This document shows positions 8,701-17,326 of a DNA stretch of 64,000 nucleotides, piece by piece (positions within the stretch are counted from its first letter, which is position 1; each line of letters opens with the position of its first letter). A program made the translations under genes and the position numbers. The notes under the pieces are model-generated. The model was not told where the DNA came from, ran no database searches, and was given only the letters and a program-made list of their open reading frames with translations. The DNA is from Deltaproteobacteria bacterium (lineage in GTDB: Bacteria > Myxococcota > SpSt-1050), in contig JAOAFA010000087.1 in NCBI GenBank assembly GCA_026416535.1, positions 5,438 to 69,437 of the forward strand. The letters are read 5' to 3'.

Positions 8701-9079
8701 ATAGAACCTACTAAGAAAATTTTCTGGTGTAATCTGATTAGAACTTTAATTAGATATCTTACTCGACTGTATCCTAAATGTAACTCCTTTGGTGGTACGA
8801 TTTTATTTTGGCCTAAGTACTGAGTAGGGAGGTGTATATAGTAGAATACTGACGGGTCCAAAAGATTTTCTCTGAAGATTTTTATTTGGTTGATAACAAG
8901 ATATGTTCCGCATTTGTTGCTCATTAAACTTCTTAAGAAGTGTATTTAGTGAATGATAAAAAATTTTTTACATGAAGCATTGGGGATTAATTTATGGTAT
9001 CTTTCAAATTCTGCATTTGTATGCACTTGAGAATAATGTTATTTTTTGATATTTGGTAATTTATCGAGGGGGTGTATTT

Positions 9080-9859
9080 ATGGAGTTTAAGGATTTTAGC
9101 GATTTTTTGAAGACAGTGGAAGGTCTAGATTCTGAAGGTAAGGAATTCGTGATTTGTACCGTTGTTGATAGTACCGGCTCATCACCTCAAAAGGCCGGTT
9201 CGAAGATGGTAGTAACTTGTGATGATAGATGCTTTGGGACAGTAGGTGGGGGTGTAGTGGAGTCGGAGGTGATTAACCGAGCCAAAATGATGTTAAAAGA
9301 GAAGACTCCTCCCCAGGTAATAAGGTTTGATTTAAATAACTTTGATGTAGGTGTGTGTGGTGGTTCTATGTCTATTTTTTTAGAGGGTATTTATTCGAAT
9401 AAAGAGGTACTGATCTTTGGTGCGGGGCATGTTGCTGAGGCTGTATGTGATATATTGAGTAAGTTAAGCTATAGAATTACTGTCTTTGACAATAGGAGTG
9501 AGAGATTAAATCTTCCCGTATTTAAGAATTGTGAAAGGATATGTGCTGAGTATTCTGATTTAAAGAATCATGTCAAGATTACCACAAATACAGACATACT
9601 CATCATGACACCAAATCATGAATATGATTTTTTAGTAGTTAAGGAGGTATTAAAGGAGAATTATGGTTCTATCGGAGTTTTAGGTTCACATAAGAAAAGA
9701 TTGGAATTGCATGAATACTTGAAGAATCATGGATTTGCAACTAATGAGATAGATAGAATAAGGATTCCAGTTGGGCTTGATATCGGTTCAAAAAATCCTT
9801 ATGAGATAGCTATATCGATTATAGCCGAGCTTATTAAGATGAGATCAAGAGAAAGATGA
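9080..9859 (+). CDS. XdhC/CoxI-family accessory protein (cofactor-insertion chaperone family). Start taken at MEFKDF, which has a GAGGGGG ribosome-binding site.
   Basis: N-terminal 'VICTVVDSTGSSPQKAGSKMVV' and 'GTVGGG' match the XdhC N-domain. The C-terminus has a Rossmann-like 'LIFGAGHVAEAV'. Confidence 0.75.
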   Translation: MEFKDFSDFLKTVEGLDSEGKEFVICTVVDSTGSSPQKAGSKMVVTCDDRCFGTVGGGVVESEVINRAKMMLKEKTPPQVIRFDLNNFDVGVCGGSMSIFLEGIYSNKEVLIFGAGHVAEAVCDILSKLSYRITVFDNRSERLNLPVFKNCERICAEYSDLKNHVKITTNTDILIMTPNHEYDFLVVKEVLKENYGSIGVLGSHKKRLELHEYLKNHGFATNEIDRIRIPVGLDIGSKNPYEIAISIIAELIKMRSRER

Positions 9860-10428
9860 ATCTTTCGGCAATAATACTCGCTGCTGGTGAGGGGAGAAGA
9901 ATTGGTGTTCCCAAAGCAATTTTAAAAATTGGTACTTCTTTTCTGGCAGATATCCAGTATGAGTTTTTGAGTTGTTGCAAATTTCAAAAGATTGTAATTG
10001 TAATTGGGGCAGAGGCGGCTGTAGTTAAAGAGTGTCTTAAATATTCTAAGTATGCCGTAGTGAATAGTAACTATCATTTAGGGCAGTTCTCTTCTCTGAT
10101 AAAAGGTATTTGTTCGGTGGATTCCTGTAGAGGTGTTTTAGTGCTCCCTGTGGATGTCTATCCATTGGAGAAATTAGTGTTGGATCGGTTAGTTAATGAG
10201 GTTGATGAATCCTTTGATGCCGTAGTACCTGTAAATTATGGTAGAAGGGGGCATCCTGTAATATTATTAGATAGGTTGGTCCGGAGACTAGCAAAGTATG
10301 ATGTAAAGGACTCGAGGTTGGATTTTATATTAAGAGAATGTAGGGTAAAAGAGGTTTATGTAAACAGTAAGTCGATTTTCTATAATATTAACACCTTAGA
10401 TAATTTAGAGAAATTGAATATCTCCTAG
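9856..10428 (+). CDS. MobA/MocA-like nucleotidyltransferase (molybdenum-cofactor nucleotidyltransferase family).
   Basis: The N-terminal 'AIILAAGEGRRIGVPKA' resembles the MobA-like NTP-transferase glycine loop. A 4-bp overlap with the XdhC stop suggests coupling. Confidence 0.7.
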   Translation: MNLSAIILAAGEGRRIGVPKAILKIGTSFLADIQYEFLSCCKFQKIVIVIGAEAAVVKECLKYSKYAVVNSNYHLGQFSSLIKGICSVDSCRGVLVLPVDVYPLEKLVLDRLVNEVDESFDAVVPVNYGRRGHPVILLDRLVRRLAKYDVKDSRLDFILRECRVKEVYVNSKSIFYNINTLDNLEKLNIS

Positions 10429-10529
10429 GTACAAGATAGAGGAAAATGGATTTTGAAGGTGATGTATTATGTTTAAAATAAAGTATAAAAAATGTATTTA
10501 CAAATAATGTATTATATAGTATATGGCAA

Positions 10530-10757
10530 GTGATTAAAGGTGAGGAGAGAGAAATGATAGAAAGTAAAGATGATGAGAAGTATATTCGTGTCTCGCTAAA
10601 GATAGCGCTTAGATTAAAAAAGGAACCTAATTTGGAACTTGAAGCATTAATTGAGGAGGAGGCAATTAAAAACTCATTGGATAGGCATAAACTAGCCAGA
10701 TACTTTGCTCAGAATCAGCAGGTATGGATAGGTTCAAGTAAATGTCATGAAAAATAA
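10530..10757 (+). CDS. Small hypothetical protein (75 aa), within the operon.
   Basis: A GGTGAGGAG ribosome-binding site lies upstream. No recognisable domain. Confidence 0.35.
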   Translation: MIKGEEREMIESKDDEKYIRVSLKIALRLKKEPNLELEALIEEEAIKNSLDRHKLARYFAQNQQVWIGSSKCHEK

Positions 10758-10774
10758 AGAAGGTTATTGTTACT

Positions 10775-12022
10775 TTGGTAGATGACTTTAACACATTAGA
10801 GACATATAGAGACCACATCTCAGTTGCTCCTATCCCGAGAATAAAGAGATTAAGAGATCGTGAGGTAAGTAGAAGGGTGGCTTGCTCATTAAAAGGCTTT
10901 TTAGGGTCACTAACTAGAAAGATAAGGGCAACAGTATGTGTCACTGATAATACAAGACCGTTCCCTGAAAAAAAGATTCTACCTTTGATTTTAGATATTA
11001 TGGAAGATTCGGGAGTAAAGAGGGGGAATATAACAATAGTTGTTGCTACAGGCCTTCATAGGCACCTTACAAAGGATGAACTCATCTCCAAGTTTGGTAG
11101 ATATGTGTTTAAAAATTATAATATTATACAAAATGATCCCCATGAATCAGTGGGTATAAGGAAAAAATTGTATGTGAACAGAGCGTTATGCGAATCTGAT
11201 TTCATAGTAGGCTTGGGTGTATTTGAACCTCATCAGTATGCAGGCTTCTCTGGTGGAAACAAGATCTTTATAATTGGTTGTGGGGGTCGACAAACAATAG
11301 ACTACACCCACTCTCCGAAGATGATATTGAGAAGAGGGGTTAGGTTAGGAAATACGACTAATAATCCGTTTAGAAACTTTATAGAAAATTCAGCGAATTA
11401 TCTACCTCCTAGATGGATATTGAATGTCGTCTTAAATGATGATGGTGACATTATATGCTTTAGCTCCGGAGAACCTAGTGAGGTATTTAATTCCCTTTAC
11501 GAATGGTATAAGGAGAATCTTGTCTTTAGTTTTAAAGAGAGATTTGATGCAGCGTTTGTAGTTTTGGACAGACATAAAGGCGTGAATTTGTATCAGGCCT
11601 CAAGAGGTGCAACCTACTTGGCCTTGTCTAGATCCCCTATTATTAAGAAGGGTTCTCCTATAATTATTTCAGCAAAGCTTGAAGAAGGTTTTGGTACTGG
11701 AGATGGAGAGAAAGAATTCCAGAGGATTTTACTTTCAAATATTAGAAATAGTGAATTGCTGGAGAGACTCAAAAGAGAGGATATAAGGGGTGGTGGCCAG
11801 AGAGCCGTCATGCTACTTTATACCCTTTTAAATCATCCTGTAATTTTTACGGGGTTCAAAAGAGATATAAAATTTCAGAGAGAGAATATCTATTTTATAC
11901 CGGTTATAAGTGATGCGGTGAGAAAAGTTATCTCTGATTTTGGTTGCAGAAAGATAGTTTACGTAAAAAATCCCTTTTTGGGACTTTTTTGTTTTTCAGA
12001 GGGTAAAAAGGGCGAAAATTAA
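10775..12022 (+). CDS. LarA-family protein (lactate-racemase-like; NPN-cofactor-dependent racemase/epimerase family).
   Basis: Block similarity to Lactobacillus LarA: TDNTRP vs SDHTRP; IVVATGLHR vs ILVATGFHR (the catalytic His108 equivalent is conserved); FEPHQYAGFSGGNK vs IESHFFAGFSGGRK (the cofactor-tethering Lys184 equivalent is conserved). A downstream His in 'DYTH' may correspond to His200. Confidence 0.75.
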   Translation: MVDDFNTLETYRDHISVAPIPRIKRLRDREVSRRVACSLKGFLGSLTRKIRATVCVTDNTRPFPEKKILPLILDIMEDSGVKRGNITIVVATGLHRHLTKDELISKFGRYVFKNYNIIQNDPHESVGIRKKLYVNRALCESDFIVGLGVFEPHQYAGFSGGNKIFIIGCGGRQTIDYTHSPKMILRRGVRLGNTTNNPFRNFIENSANYLPPRWILNVVLNDDGDIICFSSGEPSEVFNSLYEWYKENLVFSFKERFDAAFVVLDRHKGVNLYQASRGATYLALSRSPIIKKGSPIIISAKLEEGFGTGDGEKEFQRILLSNIRNSELLERLKREDIRGGGQRAVMLLYTLLNHPVIFTGFKRDIKFQRENIYFIPVISDAVRKVISDFGCRKIVYVKNPFLGLFCFSEGKKGEN

Positions 12023-12083
12023 CATTTTTGTTGCATTTTCGCTCTTATGTGTGTATATTCATCTCTAACAAAGGAGGGCAAAG

Positions 12084-12386
12084 ATGCCAAAGAAAGTAGC
12101 AAAGAAAGCAAAACCAGCAAAGGTAAAGTCGAAGAGAAAACCAAATCCAGAATTTATGAAGCCGATGCAGCCGTCAGAGGCGCTCGCAAAGATCGTCGGT
12201 TCAAAACCACTTCCAAGGACAGAAGTTGTGAAGAAGGTTTGGGCCTACATCAAAAAGAACGGGCTTCAAGACAAGGAGAACAAGAGACAGATTAATGCAG
12301 ATGAAAATCTCAAAGTGATTTTTGGAGGCAAGAAGTCTGTTACAATGTTTGAGATGACAAAGCTCGTAAACAAACACTTAAAGTAA
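12084..12386 (+). CDS. SWIB/MDM2-domain protein with an N-terminal lysine-rich, histone-H1-like tail.
   Basis: The C-terminal ~75 aa (ALAKIVGSKPLPRTEVVKKVWAYIKKNGLQD...INADENLKVIFGGKKSVTMFEMTKLVNKHL) match the SWIB domain consensus closely. The N-terminus is MPKKVAKKAKPAKVKSKRKP. Confidence 0.85.
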   Translation: MPKKVAKKAKPAKVKSKRKPNPEFMKPMQPSEALAKIVGSKPLPRTEVVKKVWAYIKKNGLQDKENKRQINADENLKVIFGGKKSVTMFEMTKLVNKHLK

Positions 12387-12409
12387 TTTTTGACGTGGTA
12401 AAGTATTTA

Positions 12410-12440
12410 GCCCACAGGGAATCTGTGGGCTTTTTTATTT
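12410..12440 (+). terminator. Rho-independent terminator after the SWIB gene. It may act in both directions for the convergent gene ending at 12454.
   Basis: An 8-bp perfect stem (gcccacag / ctgtgggc, loop 'ggaat') is followed immediately by TTTTTT. Confidence 0.7.
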
Positions 12441-12453
12441 TAAAATTACTCAG

Positions 12454-13029
12454 TTACTCAGCAACACTAAAATCAGAATAAGCTGCGTCAGGCGGTTCTG
12501 GAGGGAATTCTTCTATGATATATTTGACAAATTTTCCCTTGATACAAGGAAGTAGTTCTTTGGGGGCCTGTCTAAGTTCTTTTAAGGGGGGTATAATGTA
12601 CCTTTTTTGCTTTGGGGGATATGTGGTGTGTAAATCTCCCCTTTTATCTGTTTCCATAATATATGTACCGCCATTGTTGGAATATATAAGAATGTATCTA
12701 AAATTTATGCTATCCCAATTATATATAATCTTAATATATTGTCTCGGTTTTAATCTTATATTGTGTGCAGTTCCTCTTGGAATAGCAGGAAATGACTTGT
12801 TGGTATACCTTGGTAAAGGACCGTATTTTCCACTTGATTCTAACATTCCTATTGGTGTTATCCATATCTTTTCACCACTAGCGTTTATAATTTCAATCTC
12901 CTCGAGATAGGCTATTCTGAGTGGGTTTAGATAATTAAGAAGCACAACCATGAGTAAAAAGATGAAAGGGGATGCTATTAAAAAGCCAAGCAAAAAATAG
13001 AATTTGGTTTCATAGCTTATAGATCTCAT
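12454..13029 (-). CDS. Hypothetical membrane-anchored protein.
   Basis: An N-terminal TM helix (FYFLLGFLIASPFIFLLMVVLL) is followed by a domain of about 150 aa with no recognisable motif. Confidence 0.5.
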   Translation of the reverse strand: MRSISYETKFYFLLGFLIASPFIFLLMVVLLNYLNPLRIAYLEEIEIINASGEKIWITPIGMLESSGKYGPLPRYTNKSFPAIPRGTAHNIRLKPRQYIKIIYNWDSINFRYILIYSNNGGTYIMETDKRGDLHTTYPPKQKRYIIPPLKELRQAPKELLPCIKGKFVKYIIEEFPPEPPDAAYSDFSVAE

Positions 13030-13143
13030 GAATAAAGATTTAAATCATAAAGATTGCAAAAAGTAAAGAAACAATTGGTTCATAAAAGTATTTATGTTGA
13101 CAAAAACTATAAAACAAAATAGAAATATTTAGTTTTACAATGT

Positions 13144-13737
13144 GTGGAGGTATATATGCTTTCGAAGGAGAATATTTTGGCGTTTGCATCAAATTTGTTT
13201 TGGAGATATGGACCCAAAAAGACTACGATGGATGATGTGGCAAGGACGTGTCGTATAGGCAAAGCGACATTGTATAAGTTTTTTAAGAATAAGGATGAAC
13301 TTTATAAAGAGATTTTAAGGGATGAGATGAATAAAATATTTTGTGAGATTGAGTCTCGGTTAAAGGATTTAAAGGGTGTTCGGGAAAAGCTTAGGATGCT
13401 TTTTGAAACAGAATACTTTTTTTTTAAGGGAAATATTAATCTATCTGAGGTACTTGTTGGTACAGTTGAGGATTATGACAGAGATATAAAGTCTATTACA
13501 GATGAGTTCTATGATAGGCAGAGAAAGCTTATTAAGTCTATTTTGCACGAGGGTGTCCTTAAAAAAGAGATAATTGTGGAGGATGTATCATTGCTCTCGC
13601 TCGCTATGATGGCAGCAGGCCAAGGATTGTTTGGTTATTTTAAGCATTTGAGTGATGAGAGAAAGGCAATAAAATCTATAAGATATCTTATTGATACATT
13701 GTTTTTTGGGATAGAAGCAGGGAAGGGGAGTATATGA
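13144..13737 (+). CDS. TetR/AcrR-family transcriptional regulator.
   Basis: N-terminal helix-turn-helix 'TTMDDVARTCRIGKATLYKFFKNKDELY'. Confidence 0.8.
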   Translation: MEVYMLSKENILAFASNLFWRYGPKKTTMDDVARTCRIGKATLYKFFKNKDELYKEILRDEMNKIFCEIESRLKDLKGVREKLRMLFETEYFFFKGNINLSEVLVGTVEDYDRDIKSITDEFYDRQRKLIKSILHEGVLKKEIIVEDVSLLSLAMMAAGQGLFGYFKHLSDERKAIKSIRYLIDTLFFGIEAGKGSI

Positions 13738-16604
13738 TTAAGAGAATAATAGAGTTTTATTGGCGGTTTAGATATGTATGTATACTATTAATGGTTGTCC
13801 TTGTGACAACATCGGTAGTGTGCATTAAAGATTTGGTAGTTGAAGGTGATATACTTGAGTATATGCCTCCTGAACATAAGGATGTTAGACTTTTTAAGGA
13901 GATAGGGAATAAATATCTTTCAAATTACTTTATTATGCTTAGTATTGAGGCTGCTGTAGATAATGGTGTATTTGAGAAAGATTATCTTAAAAGTATAGCT
14001 AAGTTAACTAAGGCGCTTAGAGATATTGAAGGGGTATCATCTGTTATTAGTATAACTAATATAATGGATATCAAAAAAATTGAAGATGGCATAGAGGTTA
14101 GTAGTCTTATAGAGGAGGAAGAGATTGAGCGGATGTCGGATTTTGATATCTTGCAACTTAAGGAGTATGTCCTCAATAATGAGAGATATGTTAATCATAT
14201 TGTTTCCTCGAATGGTAGGTATTCGCAGATTATTATAAGACCGTCGCAAGGTTCAGATAGAGCGAAAGTTGTTAATATGGTAGAGGAGGTGTGTAATAAC
14301 CTTCTAAAGGATACTGGTTTAAAATTTTATGCTGGAGGTTGGCCTGTTGCCATTCGTGATACCAATAATGCTACTATGGGAGATCTTAAAAAATTAACGC
14401 CTATAGTAATTATAATTTCAATGATAGTTTTGTTCTTGGGATTTAGGACGGTTAGAGGGGTTGTCTTACCAATATTTGTAGTGATTGTGGCAAATTTGTT
14501 TACATTTGCTATTATGGCGCTTTTAAAAAAACCAGTAACACTAGGTACTAGTGCAATTCCTGTTATACTTGTATCTACAGGGACGGCCTACGCAATTCAT
14601 ATAATAAATCAGTATTATTTTCATGCATCAAAATCACTATCAAAAGGGGAAGTGATATTACATGCAATAACAGACAAGTGGAAGGCAGTTTTTTTATCGG
14701 CACTTACAACAATGGCAGGATTTGTGACTCTTATGACAGCGACTCTTACTACTGTTGTTGATCTTGGGTTTTTTATGACATTGGGGATATTTCTTTCATT
14801 TTTGCTTGCGATCTTTATTGTGCCTTTAATACTTTATATGTTGCCTATAAAACAGGCAAGGAAGGTCTTGTCAGAAGAAGAGGCGCTGAGTTACACCCAT
14901 GGTATATTCCTTCCAATCGCTGAGAAATTTGTCCTCTTTCATTCTAAAAAGGTTATTTTAGGTTTTGGTGTTTTGACTATAATTTTGATACCTACTTTGT
15001 TTAATCTTACTGCCGATGTTAATCCTATAAACTATTTTAAGGAGGATGCAGCGATCAGGAAGTCAGAACAGCTCCTTGTCGATCACTTTGGAGGGGCTGT
15101 CCCGGTCTTTGTGCTGGTAAAAGGTGATGTAAAAGACCCTCGTGTTATGTATTTCACAGAATATGTTGAGAGAGAAGTTGAGGCTATAGAGAACATAGGA
15201 AGCGCTCAGTCTGTGGCTTCAATAATTGCCGACCTAAATTATAATTTGATAAACTACTATAATATTCCTGATACTGCAGGTAAAATAGGTAATTTGTGGT
15301 TTTTTGTAGAAGGTAATGAATACCTCAACCAATATGTAACTCAGGAGATGGATGAGTCCATCGTTTTAGCTAGAATAGAGTCGTTGCAGAAGTCTCAAGT
15401 AACGTATGCGAATCGGGCTATGAGGGAACTCCTAAGTAAAATTCCGAGTGAATATAAAATTGTTGATAAAAGAGAATTGTCAATCGGCGAGAGGAATGGA
15501 GTAATTGAATATCAAAAATCTCATATATTAAAAAGAATTCAGACGGAGTTGAGTATAGCAAGGGTGAAGGTGGATGAAAAGGTTGTCAAGGATTTAGTTG
15601 AAAAGGTGGTAATGTTAGGTAAGGTGGAAGGTGGAAGTCTCCCTTATGAATTGTGTTTGCAATTTCACAATGAGTTAAAATCGAGAATTAAGAAGATTAG
15701 ATCTGATTTTGGAATAGATGTGATTCTCGAAGAGCAGGATGGGGACGAAATGTGTGCATTGGATGTATTAAATAGATTGAGTTTAGTTTCAGAGAAGGTT
15801 CTTCTTGAAGACGATGAGGTTGAGGAACAGTTAAAGACAGAGTGGAATGAATTTAAAGATTCAATGAAGAGTTATCATAGTTCGTTGTATTTAAAGCATC
15901 TTGTGAACTCGACATTTTCGAGTTATGGGATAAAGAGTTCTTCATTGAAACATATGGAAGGATTATTAGGATTATTGTTGAACGATAATATCATAATAGG
16001 GAGTGATTATGAAGGATTTTCATCTCTTAGAGATGAGTCATTGAAGATAGTTACTGAGTATGGGGGATTGGGGCCTATTTTAGCAATGCTTGACGAAAAT
16101 CTTATGAAGAATCAAATCACATCAATAATAATTGCTTTATTGCTTGTATTTGTCTTAATGTTTTATCTCACACGCTCATTCTTGATAGGTTTAGTGTCAA
16201 TGATCCCAATTTGTTTCACGCTACTCGTGGATTTCTCAATAATGTCAATATTTGGGATCGCAATAGATGATGTCACTATAGTTATTGCTTCTATATTGAT
16301 TGGAGTAGGAATAGATTATACTATTCATATTATTACAGGATTGAAGTTGGGATATGAGAAGTATTCTGATGATGATAAGGCTATCTCTTTTGCAATTAGG
16401 GTTATTGGTAGGGCAGTATTTCTGAATACCTTTGCTGTGGCTCTTGGATTTATTGCACTTCTGTTTGGAGATTTTCTACCTCTGAGGAGTATGGGTATAT
16501 TAACAGCTGTAACTATGTTTATAGCTGCTTTTTCTGCTGTCATACTTATTCCATCGTTTGTTAAATCTTATAAAAAGTTTAACATCAAGGAGGTTAAGTT
16601 ATGA
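13734..16604 (+). CDS. RND/MMPL-family exporter with sterol-sensing-type domains (12 TM helices, two large periplasmic loops).
   Basis: Two clusters of about 6 TM helices (residues ~215-370 and ~800-945) are separated by a ~430-aa soluble loop, as in HpnN/MMPL-type transporters. Start overlaps the TetR stop (ATGA). Confidence 0.8.
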   Translation: MIKRIIEFYWRFRYVCILLMVVLVTTSVVCIKDLVVEGDILEYMPPEHKDVRLFKEIGNKYLSNYFIMLSIEAAVDNGVFEKDYLKSIAKLTKALRDIEGVSSVISITNIMDIKKIEDGIEVSSLIEEEEIERMSDFDILQLKEYVLNNERYVNHIVSSNGRYSQIIIRPSQGSDRAKVVNMVEEVCNNLLKDTGLKFYAGGWPVAIRDTNNATMGDLKKLTPIVIIISMIVLFLGFRTVRGVVLPIFVVIVANLFTFAIMALLKKPVTLGTSAIPVILVSTGTAYAIHIINQYYFHASKSLSKGEVILHAITDKWKAVFLSALTTMAGFVTLMTATLTTVVDLGFFMTLGIFLSFLLAIFIVPLILYMLPIKQARKVLSEEEALSYTHGIFLPIAEKFVLFHSKKVILGFGVLTIILIPTLFNLTADVNPINYFKEDAAIRKSEQLLVDHFGGAVPVFVLVKGDVKDPRVMYFTEYVEREVEAIENIGSAQSVASIIADLNYNLINYYNIPDTAGKIGNLWFFVEGNEYLNQYVTQEMDESIVLARIESLQKSQVTYANRAMRELLSKIPSEYKIVDKRELSIGERNGVIEYQKSHILKRIQTELSIARVKVDEKVVKDLVEKVVMLGKVEGGSLPYELCLQFHNELKSRIKKIRSDFGIDVILEEQDGDEMCALDVLNRLSLVSEKVLLEDDEVEEQLKTEWNEFKDSMKSYHSSLYLKHLVNSTFSSYGIKSSSLKHMEGLLGLLLNDNIIIGSDYEGFSSLRDESLKIVTEYGGLGPILAMLDENLMKNQITSIIIALLLVFVLMFYLTRSFLIGLVSMIPICFTLLVDFSIMSIFGIAIDDVTIVIASILIGVGIDYTIHIITGLKLGYEKYSDDDKAISFAIRVIGRAVFLNTFAVALGFIALLFGDFLPLRSMGILTAVTMFIAAFSAVILIPSFVKSYKKFNIKEVKL

Positions 16605-17326
16605 GGAGATTTTGTTTTTTTATTTGTGTATTTCTAGTGTCTTCTCTTACGTTGAACGCTGAGACGGCTCAGGATGTTTTAAAGAAGATTGAGGCAAGAC
16701 AGAATGAGGCCATGGATGCCGAAATTCAGGTAAGGATTACAACAATCGAAAAGAATGGAACCAAGAAGGTAAGAGAGGGGGTTATTTATCAAAAAGGTGA
16801 AGATAAGAGGGTATTTAAATTTACATCACCTGCTGATATAAAGGGACTCTCAGTGCTTTCTACTGGAAAGGATACAAAGTATATCTATTTACCAGAATTT
16901 AAGAAGGTGAGGCGAATAGCCGGGCACATAAAAAATCAATCTTTTGGAGGGACTGATTTTACAAATGATGAGATATCCTCTACAAGGTATTCAGATGACT
17001 ATGAAGCAGTTGAATTAAGGGAGGGACCTGATACTAAGGTAATAACCCTTAAAAAAAGGGAAGGTAGTGATAGAGAGTATGATAAAATTGTAGCTGAGGT
17101 AACTTCTGACTATGTTATTAAAAGAGCAGAGATGTATAAGAATAATAAGGTCATAAAGGTGCTGGATGTTACTAATATCAACAAACATGGCAAATATATT
17201 ATTGGAGAGAAGATGATTATGAGGGATTTGACAAAAAACCGTTCTACTGAGATGGAGATGATAAAGATAGAGTTTGATAAGGGTCTGAGTGATGAGATCT
17301 TCTCTGAGAGGTTTCTCAAAAAATAA
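16601..17326 (+). CDS. Outer-membrane lipoprotein-sorting (LolA-like) periplasmic protein.
   Basis: Has a signal peptide. The size (241 aa), beta-rich composition and position immediately after the MMPL gene (4-bp overlap) match the LolA-like partners of MMPL exporters. Confidence 0.5.
   Translation: MRRFCFFICVFLVSSLTLNAETAQDVLKKIEARQNEAMDAEIQVRITTIEKNGTKKVREGVIYQKGEDKRVFKFTSPADIKGLSVLSTGKDTKYIYLPEFKKVRRIAGHIKNQSFGGTDFTNDEISSTRYSDDYEAVELREGPDTKVITLKKREGSDREYDKIVAEVTSDYVIKRAEMYKNNKVIKVLDVTNINKHGKYIIGEKMIMRDLTKNRSTEMEMIKIEFDKGLSDEIFSERFLKK

Noticed and set aside
8622-8924. 100-aa minus-strand ORF upstream of ArsR.
   Set aside because: It overlaps the ArsR ORF in another frame and extends into the divergent promoter region. 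It has no ribosome-binding site or motif and is more likely non-coding.
12047-12295. 82-aa plus-strand ORF rich in Lys and Glu.
   Set aside because: It is an alternative frame of the SWIB gene's lysine-rich 5' region. The SWIB frame has the conserved domain.
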